A program made the translations under genes and the position numbers. The notes under the pieces were generated by a model. It was not told where the DNA came from. It saw only the letters and a program-made list of their open reading frames with translations, and ran no database searches. 64,000 nucleotides of DNA from Balanoglossus misakiensis (Eukaryota; Animalia; Hemichordata): contig CM082595.2 of NCBI GenBank assembly GCA_040954595.2, positions 10,343,918 through 10,407,917 of the forward strand, read 5' to 3'. Each line of letters begins with the position of its first letter. Within the stretch, counting starts at the first letter, position 1. Shown one piece after another: positions 1 through 10,244 of this stretch.

Positions 1-73
1 CTCAAGTAATTTGTTATTTTAAATGACACTGTATCACAAATACATCACTAAAAACCTCATTTTCTTTAATCAG

Positions 74-604
74 ATGAAATAAGTGAGGAGCCTGCACGCA
101 CATCCTGTCTTCTGTGCCCTGCTGGACAATCGTGTTCAGATCCAATGTAAGATCCGCTCGACTGTGGCAATGGTGAATATGCTATGGAAGGCGACGGCAC
201 ATGCACGCCTTGTCCAGCGGGATCCAAGTGTCCAACCATGTCACCCGTAGTGGATTGTTCAACAGTTACTGGTAAGTTGGGCTGCAAATCACTCTTGTGA
301 CTTCCCTGTGTTATAGCATGGCATACACAGAAAATTAAACTGTTATGCTTATTGGAGTTGATATTGTGATGCACTTTGAAAAACACAATGATTCCACTGA
401 AGAGGTATTGTACAGTAAAACCTGTGATTACGGACATCTCTCTAATAAGGGATCGTTGGACCAAACCATGGTGGTAAAAATCGTTCTTTGAATTTTTTCT
501 GTGATAGGTTCATACTCGCTAGGTTCGGCCACGTCCTTCTGGTTATGAATGCACAACTACAAGTGTCACACAGTGCGCTACAGGGCAGTAACGTGCTGAA
601 GGAG
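74..604 (+). pseudogene. Last two exons (74-271, 508-604) of a Cys-rich CxxCPAG repeat (ephrin-receptor-like/GCC2-GCC3-type) gene fragment
   Basis: AG/GTAAG-bounded exons. 74-271 reads DEISEEPARTSCLLCPAGQSCSDPM*DPLDCGNGEYAMEGDGTCTPCPAGSKCPTMSPVVDCSTVT with TAA at 148-150. 508-604 reads GSYSLGSATS(fs)SGYECTTTSVTQCATGQ*. Confidence 0.85.
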
Positions 605-715
605 GTAAGTCTTGAAATCCCTTTTCTTCTTGTCTCGATTTGAACATGGTTCCACAAGTTGTTTACATCACTTGTAGTTTTACATATTTTTTGAGTTCAA
701 CAGCTAGCTATACAT

Positions 716-1381
716 GGTGTCCTGAGAAGTCAACCAGTATGAGAAGTCGGTCTCGGCCAGTACGAGAAGTCGGCCTGTGGGAGAGAACCCTGGTACTTTG
801 TGTTATATATAACTGTTTCACTACGAAATGTTTCCTTGATGTACAGGAGCTGAGATATTTGTACAAATAGCCGATGAATTTTAAAACTGTCTGTTCACTT
901 TTCATGTACGTCACCGGGGTACGTCAACATCAGTCACCTGCACTTCTTGAGCTGCGCCAGTAGTCTGTTCCTTGTCACGTTTGTTTGTTTGTTTGTTTGG
1001 TGTTGTCTCAGAAAGTATGAATATACACATACATCTTCTATGTATTTTAGTAGGCTTTGAAACAACTCCCTTTAATCAGAAATGTCACAGGAATTTGGCG
1101 AACAACCTAAGCTCCTTACGCGGATACGGGGCTGGGGAACTGGTACGGATGCCAGACGCCATTATTTGAAATGACGCCATTGTGTTGTCAAGAATTTGGG
1201 AAATCCGTCCAAATGAAAATATTTAGTGCAATTATATTTTATTAAGTGTTGTTATAAGTAATCTGGGTCATTACTGCACTATTCGGGTACAAGTTCAACA
1301 ACTGGCCGACTTCTCATACTGGCCGACTTCTCATGCGCGCGAACTGGCCGACTTCTAATCTGGCCGACTTCTCATGTATTC
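716..1381. mobile_element. Non-autonomous DNA transposon (MITE) with 8-bp TSD and subterminal repeats
   Basis: TSD ctatacat at 708-715 and 1382-1389. Left end has GAGAAGTC(GGCC) x3 and right end the inverse CTGGCCGACTTCT x4. Superfamily not assigned. Confidence 0.8.
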
Positions 1382-1420
1382 CTATACATTAGTGAAAATT
1401 GGGCAAACTGGTGTTTTCAG

Positions 1421-1534
1421 ACAACTTATGAAGTCCTTGTCTCAATGGAGGTACCTGCCAACAACAGGTAAATTCTTGTACTGCCACAATTTGCATGTGC
1501 ACAGAGTGTTACTAGGGAACCAGTTGTGAGACAA
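1421..1534 (+). pseudogene. EGF-like exon 1 (damaged)
   Basis: NL*SPCLNGGTCQQQVNSCTATICMCTECY*GTSCET; ttttcag acceptor, gtaag donor. Confidence 0.8.
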
Positions 1535-1805
1535 GTAAGTTTGAATCTGTAGCAGTTAATAATGATAATTATCATTTTTTTATTATGATTTAAACTTCAC
1601 TGATGTTGTACAAACACAAAAATAGAAAGGGATAGCAGCTTAGCTCTATTCCGTTTCGAAAGTTTTTGTTCTTTTAAACTACCTGTGCATTTTTTTTATT
1701 TATTCTGATTATGCTAATATGCTAATTTGTCGGTTTGTCACATCACAATTTTTGAAGGAAACTCACCCCTGATGATCATGGAAAATTTGACCCTTTTCCT
1801 TGCAG

Positions 1806-1928
1806 GACTCAACCAGTGTCAACCAAATCCGTGCCAGAATGGTGGCTTCTGTCAACCGGCTCGAAATTCCTGCTTTGATCTCACCTGCATATGTACTGGT
1901 TGCTACAAAGGTGATAGGTGTGAGATAT
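1806..1928 (+). pseudogene. EGF-like exon 2 (open frame, 8 Cys)
   Basis: LNQCQPNPCQNGGFCQPARNSCFDLTCICTGCYKGDRCEI; 123 nt, ttgcag/gtaag. Confidence 0.9.
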
Positions 1929-2460
1929 GTAAGTATACAGCGCAGTCTCATTCAAATACTGCATGTTTCCTGAGCATAGGTGTAGCCATCACCACAGCAG
2001 AGCTTGGAGAGTTCTTGACATCGAATGCAAGATTACACTCTTTCCAATCAAAATCACTTTCGTGGCGCATAATGTCTTGATTGTCTTGGTTCAAGAAACA
2101 TTATGCGCGACTGGCCAATTTTACTGCCTTTTGTCAACACACATCCACTATGGAAATTCTCACTCCAGGCCAGATAGTGTAAATTTACATATGAGTCTAC
2201 AGGTGTGCTTGAAGTCAAGTCAAGCATTTGCAAGGAACCCTCCTCCAGTACACAGGTCTTTGATTTCATGAAGGGAAGCCCTTGCCTCACAGTCACTGCC
2301 ACGTGATCTATGGAGGTGTGAACAACTTGATACCAGCCTAATATAAGTTGTAGGCACAATCACTCCACACACCCTTGCCATAATTCTGCAAGGTTTTTGC
2401 CATATCTGTACTGTAGAATGAGTAGCAAGGAATAAAATGGCGTCCTTTCTTAATTTCCAG

Positions 2461-2575
2461 TGCAAAACCCCTGTGATCCCAACCCATGTATGAATGGTGG
2501 ATTTTGCCAGCAAACATCGTGCAATTTCTATTCATGCCAGTGTGTGAACTCTTACACAGGTGACATCTGTCAAAC
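2461..2575 (+). pseudogene. EGF-like exon 3, separated from its donor by a MITE
   Basis: QNPCDPNPCMNGGFCQQTSCNFYSCQCVNSYTGDICQT; the last 2 nt and the gtgagt donor lie at 3468-3475. Confidence 0.88.
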
Positions 2576-3460
2576 CATAGACCCTAGAGAAAGAAGGGCG
2601 AGCAACTGCGGCAAAGATCAAAGGGTTTGGGGATTATCTGTATGATGATGTTTTTTTGTATATAATTAACACCCAGGACAGTCGGACAATGACTTCCTTA
2701 CTTCGGCACGTGTCGACCCCACCAGTGATGCGAAAACTTGCCACCAAACTGGCACTACTGCATTTCAGCAGCCACTGCGTTTTTTTCTAAAATTCTAAAA
2801 GTATTACGATGTCTGTGCTAATTATTATGGTTTGGTGTTCGTCTGTCGGTTGAACGGTCATTTCTAGTGCCACAAGCTTCATTTAAAAATTGTAAACAAA
2901 TCATCCATGTTTTTTGCATGTCCGACTGGGCACTCATATTTCTTAGTAACGCTGACACTTTTCGTAATAATTTTATGTTTGCGTGAAGCATTGAAATAAA
3001 CATTGTGGTTTAGGGGCATTTTATTTCGCATTGCGTGAACAATAAAACAGATTTCACGAAAACAATTTGTAAACAAACTGGGTGGATTATCATGTGTGCG
3101 CTATGGCCGCCAGGCAACCCTCGGTACGGTTAGCTCACAGCCTTGTGAAATACCCGGACTGTTAGACAAAAGATGCTTGTTTTGGACGCTGTCAGACTCA
3201 GATTCAAATTCCTGTTTAACTTGTCCAGATGTGTTCCATAAATAATCGCTGCGTTCAACCACGTTGCAGTTTTCTCGTCTTCTGCGAGATGTTCTGAGGT
3301 GTTGTGATAACTTCACACAAAACACGAGACTTTGCGTTAGTTTATACACAGTTTATTTGCAAATTGGATTATTGGGATTTATCTGGAAATAATGTATGCA
3401 AAAGAACATCATTTCAAGAAAAAACTGGAGTTGCGCGTCCTTCTTTCTCTAGGGTCCATG
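2576..3460. mobile_element. P-element-like MITE with ~32-bp TIRs and 7-bp TSD
   Basis: Left end catagaccctagagaaagaagggcgagcaact; right end agttgcgcgtccttctttctctagggtccatg; TSD gtcaaac at 2569-2575 and 3461-3467. CAT(A/G)G termini with a 7-8 bp TSD suggest the P superfamily (inference). Confidence 0.85.
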
Positions 3461-3947
3461 GTCAAACAAGTGAGTATATACTTTCAAGACACCCTGCAAA
3501 CAAACAAGCCATCTTCATTCCGTAGATCTTTTAAGCTTATTTATACATTGTAAATTTTGATGTGAAACTTTATTGGTCTTGTTGCCAAACTTCTGAAGAA
3601 ATGAGGATATTGTTTTGAAGGGTATTTTATCAGTAGGTAACAAATACCATGGCCCTCCATGCAAATACCCACATGGTAAATTAAAACTGTTACAGATGTA
3701 TTTGATTTCCACATATTGATTACATGTGGGATAATATTGGGTGCTGGCAGTTTCAGTAAATGAACTGCTCTTAAAAGTTGGGCGTCAGGGCACCCTTGAT
3801 TTTGCCTGTTCCAAGCTAGAATAGTCTGTCCATATGAATATTTGTTCAGCAAGTTACAAGCAATCTTTTAAGTTTGGAATGAAAAAATAGTGAAATGACT
3901 TGTGATGTTAATGTGCAATTGTTGGTTGATTTACATGCAACCCCCAG

Positions 3948-4070
3948 GACTCGATCAATGTTCTCCCAATCCGTGCATGAACAACGGTATCTGTGAGCCA
4001 ATCAGTGGATCGTGCAGTGCGTTTACCTGTCGCTGTCAAGGCTGTATCATTGGAATCACCTGTGACCAAG
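3948..4070 (+). pseudogene. EGF-like exon 4 (open frame, 8 Cys)
   Basis: LDQCSPNPCMNNGICEPISGSCSAFTCRCQGCIIGITCDQ; 123 nt. Confidence 0.9.
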
Positions 4071-4385
4071 GTAAATTTATCAGACGAGGAACTGTTTTTC
4101 CCCCCTCATACCGGTATATTTGTCATAGCTGGCAGCTATGAAATTACCTGTATATTTAGGATGTGACAAACCAAATAGGCACTTTCAGGAATTGAGTCTT
4201 TTTTGCAATTACTAAGTCCTAAACTCCCAAAAGTATAATAAGTAATTCTTATTGTTCAGTTATACATTAAGGAGGCTTAGTTATAGGAGAACCCGATAGA
4301 ACCACAGCTGTAGGAATTAAGGAAATGGTCATACCCTAAAAACTTATGTCACTACTATTTATTTATTTTCATTCCATTGAAACAG

Positions 4386-4502
4386 AACAAACTCCATGTA
4401 GGCCAAGTCCATGCCTGAACAATGGGCAGTGTACTCGGCTGTCGTGTACAACTTATGAGTGTACTTGTCCAGGATGTTTCACCGGCACACACTGCAGCCA
4501 GT
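4386..4502 (+). pseudogene. EGF-like exon 5 (open frame, 8 Cys)
   Basis: QTPCRPSPCLNNGQCTRLSCTTYECTCPGCFTGTHCSQ; 117 nt; weak gtaaaa donor. Confidence 0.88.
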
Positions 4503-4894
4503 GTAAAACTCATTAAAACAAACATTTTGTCATGCAGGAACTAACATTTACAATCATGTCTCAATACATTGTCTGTTGGTCATACTTTATATTTTCATCT
4601 TCAGCATCACACCTTGGGCCTTGGGAATCGTTCACCTCAAAAATGATGTACAACTGAAAGAAAACATGTTTATTTGAAGAAAAAAATGTTGATCGTTCAT
4701 GAAAATTTTCCCTACACAAGATACATATACAGAGATTTTCATAGCCCCACAAGTGCGTCCCAGAATGAGCAAGTTGTTTTTGGAAGTGAAGTTCCGTTCA
4801 GTATTTACAGTAATGGTAATGATGATGTTTTTATCAAACAGATTTTGAAAGTAAATATTGCTGAGATAACATTAGGTTGCACTTTTTATTGCAG

Positions 4895-5017
4895 TCCAAG
4901 ATCCATGCCAGCGAAACAGCTGTCTCAACGGGGCTGTATGTAATGCAGTGGCCAACTCCTGCACGGCATATACCTGTGCCTGTACTGGTTGCTATGAGGG
5001 TAACCGTTGTGAAATAT
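4895..5017 (+). pseudogene. EGF-like exon 6 (open frame, 8 Cys)
   Basis: QDPCQRNSCLNGAVCNAVANSCTAYTCACTGCYEGNRCEI; 123 nt, ttgcag/gtaag. Confidence 0.9.
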
Positions 5018-5581
5018 GTAAGTTTCTGACGTACCGTAAATGACAATCTTTTGGGCACTTTCTCTTCATGGCAATTGAATTGTGTGGTAACTTCTCATTT
5101 CTAAAATTTCCCCAAGAGAAAAGAAAACAGAAATTTCATTTGTATGTCCGTGCAATTTAGGATAGGCACGAACTTGTGAGGAAGTGTACGAAGCTGGATG
5201 TTTTCATCACTCAAATATACAAGAGTTGCCTCTTGAAGACTAGTGTCTGTAGAGATAATTGTGCATATGAGGTAATCTCTCCTAAGGTGGTGCACACATC
5301 TGAGTATTAAGTAAAAGAGACGTCCTTAATTATCCTTACTATTTGGCTTGAAAAATCAATCTTACTAGGTGTTCTGATTAGAGAGGTGTCCATAAAGACA
5401 GGTTTTACTGTATTACCCAAAATAGAGACATTGTCCCTTCATCATATACTTAATGCGTGTTCTGGGTATGGTTCAAGTATAATGCTTGTGTCAAAGGATT
5501 TTGTTGTGGTGCAGGAATCATCTTTGGTTGAGGTGTAGCCATCTGCATTTCATGTTTTTTAAACTATTTTTTTTCTGATAG

Positions 5582-5704
5582 TCATTAACCCATGTGATCA
5601 GAATCCGTGTCAAAATGGAGGCTATTGTTCCCAAACACCAAATTCTTATACTGACTACACCTGTTACTGCCAGTAGTGTTGGACTGGGGCCATCTGTGCC
5701 GTAG
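5582..5704 (+). pseudogene. EGF-like exon 7 (in-frame TAG)
   Basis: INPCDQNPCQNGGYCSQTPNSYTDYTCYCQ*CWTGAICAV; 123 nt. Confidence 0.88.
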
Positions 5705-6097
5705 GTGTGTCGAATTACTGTTTTATGACACAGCGTGGTATATAAACCCTCATTTTTGGTATTCTCAATGTGATAGATGGACCCATACACCAATAAATGG
5801 GGTGGAAGCATTACTAAGTTTCATCCTTTCAAAATTTGCTGATGTAGGGTCAAAATTGAGTGTGAGATGCACGTTAAAAAGGAAAGCCTTCTGTATCATG
5901 TTGACGGCACATTTTTTAATTTTTCAAGATTCTTACAGAAAAATCCTAGCAATAGCATCATTATGTTATTTTAAATGTACAGGTTTGAAACAAGGAATGA
6001 AGACATTGCTCACATATTTAAACGAAATGAACATCACAAGTACATGTACAAGTTTTTGACAAGCAGGTAATTTATACTTTCATTTTTGTTTTGGCAG

Positions 6098-6217
6098 CCA
6101 TTGATCAGTTATACTCTATGCCTTGTCAAAATGGTGGCACATGCGTTGCGCGAGACGGCTGTTTCCTGTTTGACTGTATGTGTACCGAATGCTTCACTGG
6201 TGCCACATTTACAATGC
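6098..6217 (+). pseudogene. EGF-like exon 8
   Basis: IDQLYSMPCQNGGTCVARDGCFLFDCMCTECFTGAT(F/C)TM; 120 nt, ggcag/gtaag. Confidence 0.88.
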
Positions 6218-6512
6218 GTAAGTACAAACCAATATTATTTTATTCAATGCAAAACACTTGTTATGTATTATATAATATAAGTACGGTACACATATTAAAG
6301 CCCTGGTAACTCAAACTTTGGGCTAGCTTAATGTTATCACTATTTTTGTTTTCGGTTGCAACTGTGGTTTCTTGTCACACTCTAAAGGATTTCACAGCAT
6401 TTGGTTTTTCAAAACAGCCCTTTGGTTGTTGTCATGTATACATGTACATGACTGTGGAGTGTAGTTTGTAGATTCTGTAATTTTGACAATATCTTGACTG
6501 CACATCCCACAG

Positions 6513-6635
6513 CTGTCAACCAGTGTCAACCCATCCAGTGTCAGAATGGTGGAAACTGTGTGCTGACGCCCAATTGGTGTACTGAATTCACATGCTCCTG
6601 TACAAGCTGTTACTCCGGCGATTTATGTCAGACAT
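6513..6635 (+). pseudogene. EGF-like exon 9 (open frame, 8 Cys)
   Basis: VNQCQPIQCQNGGNCVLTPNWCTEFTCSCTSCYSGDLCQT; 123 nt, cacag/gtgag. Confidence 0.9.
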
Positions 6636-7019
6636 GTGAGTGATTTTAAATTTCAGATGAAGAGGAACATAATAACATAACACATAATCGGCTTGCAGTT
6701 GGTTTCTTCCAACCTGTATCAAACAGTGAATAACGACACAATTTTGGGGAAATTTATTAAGAATGTGTGTGCCATAAAAGGGGATTGTGTATTTGACCAA
6801 ACAACAACCTGCACCGTATGGTACACTAAGACACTATTACACCTGTGTCAAAATTTCATTACGTTTCTTTTGTTGAACATGGAAGAAATTTGTCACAGTG
6901 ATGTTCTGTTGACCAACTGAGATTTTTACCACTCAACCCTGACTGCACAAATCTGTTTAAAGTATATGTAGTAAATATTAACTGTACACAATTTATATCA
7001 CTTTCTCTTCTGTGCACAG

Positions 7020-7136
7020 ATTTGAATCCGTGTCAGCCCAACCCTTGTCTAAACAGTGGATTCTGCCAGCAAGTGTCCTGCACCGAGTTCAGATGCCAGA
7101 GTTCGCGCTGTTTCATCGGAACCACGTGCGCTGAAC
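7020..7136 (+). pseudogene. EGF-like exon 10
   Basis: LNPCQPNPCLNSGFCQQVSCTEFRCQSSRCFIGTTCAE; 117 nt. Confidence 0.9.
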
Positions 7137-7360
7137 GTAAGCAAACCAGTGTCAGATTTGCCGCACAAAGTAGAAATCGCTGGGCTTTGTCATTGATATT
7201 GTCTCAATAAAGTTGCCTGTGATTGTGCAGCTAACCAAGAGACTTATATGCACTACCGTAGCCATGATGTATACTTTCATTGACTCAAATGCTCATCAGA
7301 GTAGATGTTGCTATTTTTCCAATCGTAAATTGAAACATCAGAAAGTTATGACATCAACTA

Positions 7361-7387
7361 CCCCCACCCCCACCCCACCCCACCCCC
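7361..7387 (-). repeat. (CCCC/CCCCC-A)n tract; G-quadruplex-compatible on the minus strand
   Basis: cccccacccccaccccaccccaccccc: five runs of 4-5 C, present in all four copies. Confidence 0.7.
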
Positions 7388-7584
7388 AACTAGTAAATAT
7401 TATAAGATGCTGTAATTATGATAAAGATGGTAGCACCAAGCTTGGATCAAGTGGTCTTCATTATCCTTCACACATGAACATGATCACACGGATGTGCAAT
7501 CTTCTGACAGTCTGCTACAGATTTCACTTCCCACTCAAGTGTGTAAGACCCTAATGTGATACTTTTCATTTCTCTCACCCTTAG

Positions 7585-7707
7585 CGATCAACCAGTGTCT
7601 TCTAAACCCATGTCTGAATAACGGAGTGTATCAGCCACTTCAAGGCTCCTGCTCAATCTACACCTGCAACTGTCCAACCTGCTACACTGGGCAAACATGT
7701 GTTACAT
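7585..7707 (+). pseudogene. EGF-like exon 11
   Basis: INQCLLNPCLNNGVYQPLQGSCSIYTCNCPTCYTGQTCVT; 123 nt. Confidence 0.9.
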
Positions 7708-7719
7708 GTAAGTCACAAG

Positions 7720-8740
7720 TTTTTAGGTCCCATTGGTATGTACCATGGGACCTTATGGGATTGGTTACGTCTGTATGTATGGATGGATGGATGGATGGAT
7801 GTATGTCTGTATGTCCGTCCACATCGAAAACTTGAAAACCGCAGCGCGTATGACCTCGATATTTGGCGTGTAGATGCAGGCAGGGCTGTAGATGGGAGTT
7901 TGTTCAAATGAAGATGTCATTGCCAAAAATATGCAAATTAGCTGGGAAAATGTGAAATTGGTCAAAACTCAAAAACTGGACAACCACTGGTCATATTGAT
8001 TTGAAAATTGGTATGCATGTACCTTATATCAACCTCATACAATCCTGTATGTTTTGAGCTAATATTATCGATTTCCTATTTTTTTTGCATTTTTTTGTAT
8101 TTTTCCATGTTATTGGTAAAAAGTCTTTGAAATTTAGTATGAAGCCTCCTAATGTTGTCTAAGTAACCATAGTTTTGTTCAAATTGTTGCAAAATTTGCA
8201 TATCTATAATTTTGAGCAATATTTGCCATTTTTGGTCAAAAAATGTTTTTCTTTAAAACCTCATGCCAGATTGCTTTCCAATTTGGTAGGCATGTTCGTA
8301 GGGGTAACCTAAATAATATGTTGTAAAAAAAAAAGATATTTGCATAAATGTGTTATCGGGGAAACTTTTGCAATTTTTGTCAAAAATTGTTTTCTCTGAA
8401 ACCGCTTGTCCTATTGCATTGAACTTAGGCAGCATGTTCCTTGTAGTGATTGAAGTAAGATATTGTACAATTTTGGTGATATTTGCATATTTGTGTTTTT
8501 GCCACTTTTGAACAAATATTTTCTGTGAAACTGCTTGTTGGATTGCTTTGAAATTAGTTTTTTCTCTGATTGCTTTGAAATTTAGGATATAATTTCATAA
8601 CACATACCTGTATATGTGCAACTTTTATTCAATTCTGAGATCAGAAAGATTAAATATTTAGCGAGTTTTTTTGGTAAGTTTCTTAGTTTTTGGTTAGCAA
8701 ATCTTTTCCTAAACAAATTGTCCAGTTGTTTTTAAAGTTA
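7720..8740 (+). mobile_element. Helentron-associated non-autonomous element (HINE/DINE-1-like), 3' end not found; right boundary approximate
   Basis: T-run, then hairpin aggtcccattggta-tg-taccatgggacct, then (GTAT)/(GGAT) microsatellite, then degenerate internal repeats (ttctctgaaaccgcttgtcc.attgcattgaa type). Confidence 0.65.
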
Positions 8741-9647
8741 CTATTTACAAGGAGTTGCTACCTCGAACAAAGACATGTTTACATAACTTAAATAGGCCAG
8801 CTGTTACAGAGACCACCAGCTATCAAATTTTAATTACCAGTGGCAGGTCAGTGTGTGTCTGTTCCAGGGCTGACTGAAAGAAGTTGCTTCGCATATGTGT
8901 TTGTACCGACAATTTTTGGTCATTTTTTTTTCTAGCACCACTTGTAAGACTGCCATGACACATGACAGTTTATTGGGCATGTTCCTTGTTAATGTTTTTA
9001 CATTCCATATTTCTATATGGTCAGATCATATCTGCTTGCAAATGTCACCTGTAATTTTTATTCTGGTGTGTCACTGTTTCCGCATAATCCTCAAATGTCA
9101 TCAGATCTCCGAATGTGATGAAAACAGTGTGTTTTGAGTGTTTTTTAAATGACCTTTTGGGTTAAAAGTGGCAAAAATGGCAATTTTGTCTTGAAAGGGG
9201 TCAATAAGACTGACTTTTTTGGAATCAGCACCATTTTTTACATTGAATGGACTAGTCTGCTCAAACTTTCCTTACCAACAATTCTGTTTAATCTTCTGTA
9301 ACATGTATACTAGTATACATGTAGCTGCCTGATAGTTGGCCCTGCGTGTGTAATTGCTGAGTGACATAACGCATTCTGTGATTGGTGCAGTCACGTAACC
9401 ACCAATAAGATCGCTTGTTATAAGGAGAACTGCACGACCTTTAACCGCATTAGCATACCTGATTTTTAGGGCTCGATATTACCTCTGAGGACGCAATATT
9501 TAAGTTGAAGTTTTTTTCTTTTATCATATTAGAGCAAGAAGACTTGTTTTTATGTAAAAGAAATAGACCCTAATATACAGAGTGCGTTTTGAAACGATAG
9601 GCAGGTCCGGCCCATAGCCTAATTCTTCATTTTTCTGTCATGCGTAG

Positions 9648-9763
9648 GAATTGATCAGTGCTAACAACCCATGTCAAAATGGCAGCACTTGCCAACCCTA
9701 ACCTCGTGTGGGGCATTGACGTGCACCTGCCAAGGATGCTATACTGGGAGCGCTGTGAAAATT
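9648..9763 (+). pseudogene. EGF-like exon 12 (frameshifted)
   Basis: IDQ(fs)ANNPCQNGSTCQP(fs)LTSCGALTCTCQGCYTG(fs)RCEN. Confidence 0.82.
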
Positions 9764-10244
9764 GTCAGTCAGTTTCTTTTGTCAAATTAATCAATATGTG
9801 TGGGACTGCTATACATGTATATAAAACAGAATACTGCGATGGAAAATTCTATAACTTAATGTTTCACTGGATATATGACTTAAAGTTAGCAGGATGCAGT
9901 GAATTCAACAGAAAGTGTAATTTCCTCTTGTGTGAGCTCTGTGCGACTGTGCCAATGAAAATCTCACCACAAACAAAAATGACAGGTATACACTGTATAT
10001 TAGCAGCTTTGTCTATGTAATAGCCATAGTGTTTTGAAGTTGAAAACTTGCAAAGTGTGCAGTTTTATTCACACTACAAAGGAAACATTGTTGAAACGGA
10101 TTATCTGTGTACATTGTCAAACTGTACACTTGTCGCGAGATTTATTCTCAATTATATTATATCATGCTACCGTCCGCAATTCTGATTGGACGAGAGCTAA
10201 ATCCAGCGATGCTAAAATACTCAATAATGCACTGCTGACAGTGG

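Larger units (their letters stand above)
1421..9763 (+). pseudogene. EGF-like repeat gene fragment (Notch/fibropellin-like), 12 single-domain phase-1 exons, copy 1
   Basis: Exons 1421-1534, 1806-1928, 2461-2575(+3468-3469), 3948-4070, 4386-4502, 4895-5017, 5582-5704, 6098-6217, 6513-6635, 7020-7136, 7585-7707, 9648-9763, all AG..GT bounded. Motif xNPCxPNPCxNGGxC..CxC..G..C. Stops at 1513-1515 and 5674-5676; frameshifts in the last exon. Confidence 0.9.

Noticed and set aside
66-464. 132-aa minus-strand ORF (MVQRSLIRE...) repeated in every unit, and the many other 60-140 aa ORFs
   Set aside because: Antisense or off-frame shadows of exons, introns and MITEs with no recognisable motifs. They recur only because the DNA unit is duplicated.
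1300-1376. Short repeats CTGGCCGACTTCT with variable spacers, superficially CRISPR-like
   Set aside because: Repeats are ~14 bp with spacers under 15 bp, are mirrored in inverted form at 723-775 and are bounded by a TSD. They are MITE subterminal repeats in eukaryotic DNA, and there are no cas genes.
9140-9625. Possible additional DNA-transposon remnants (ggaatcagcacc.., ggcccatagcctaa); similar hints at 4140-4350 and 14327-14700
   Set aside because: Repeat-like wording, but I could not find paired TIRs or TSDs by eye, so they are not annotated.
1421-9763. Calling the EGF array an intact Notch, Crumbs or fibropellin gene
   Set aside because: In-frame stops, frameshifts and a MITE-disrupted donor are present. 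No LNR, ankyrin, laminin-G, CUB or avidin exons and no Ca-binding consensus were seen, so no gene symbol is assigned.
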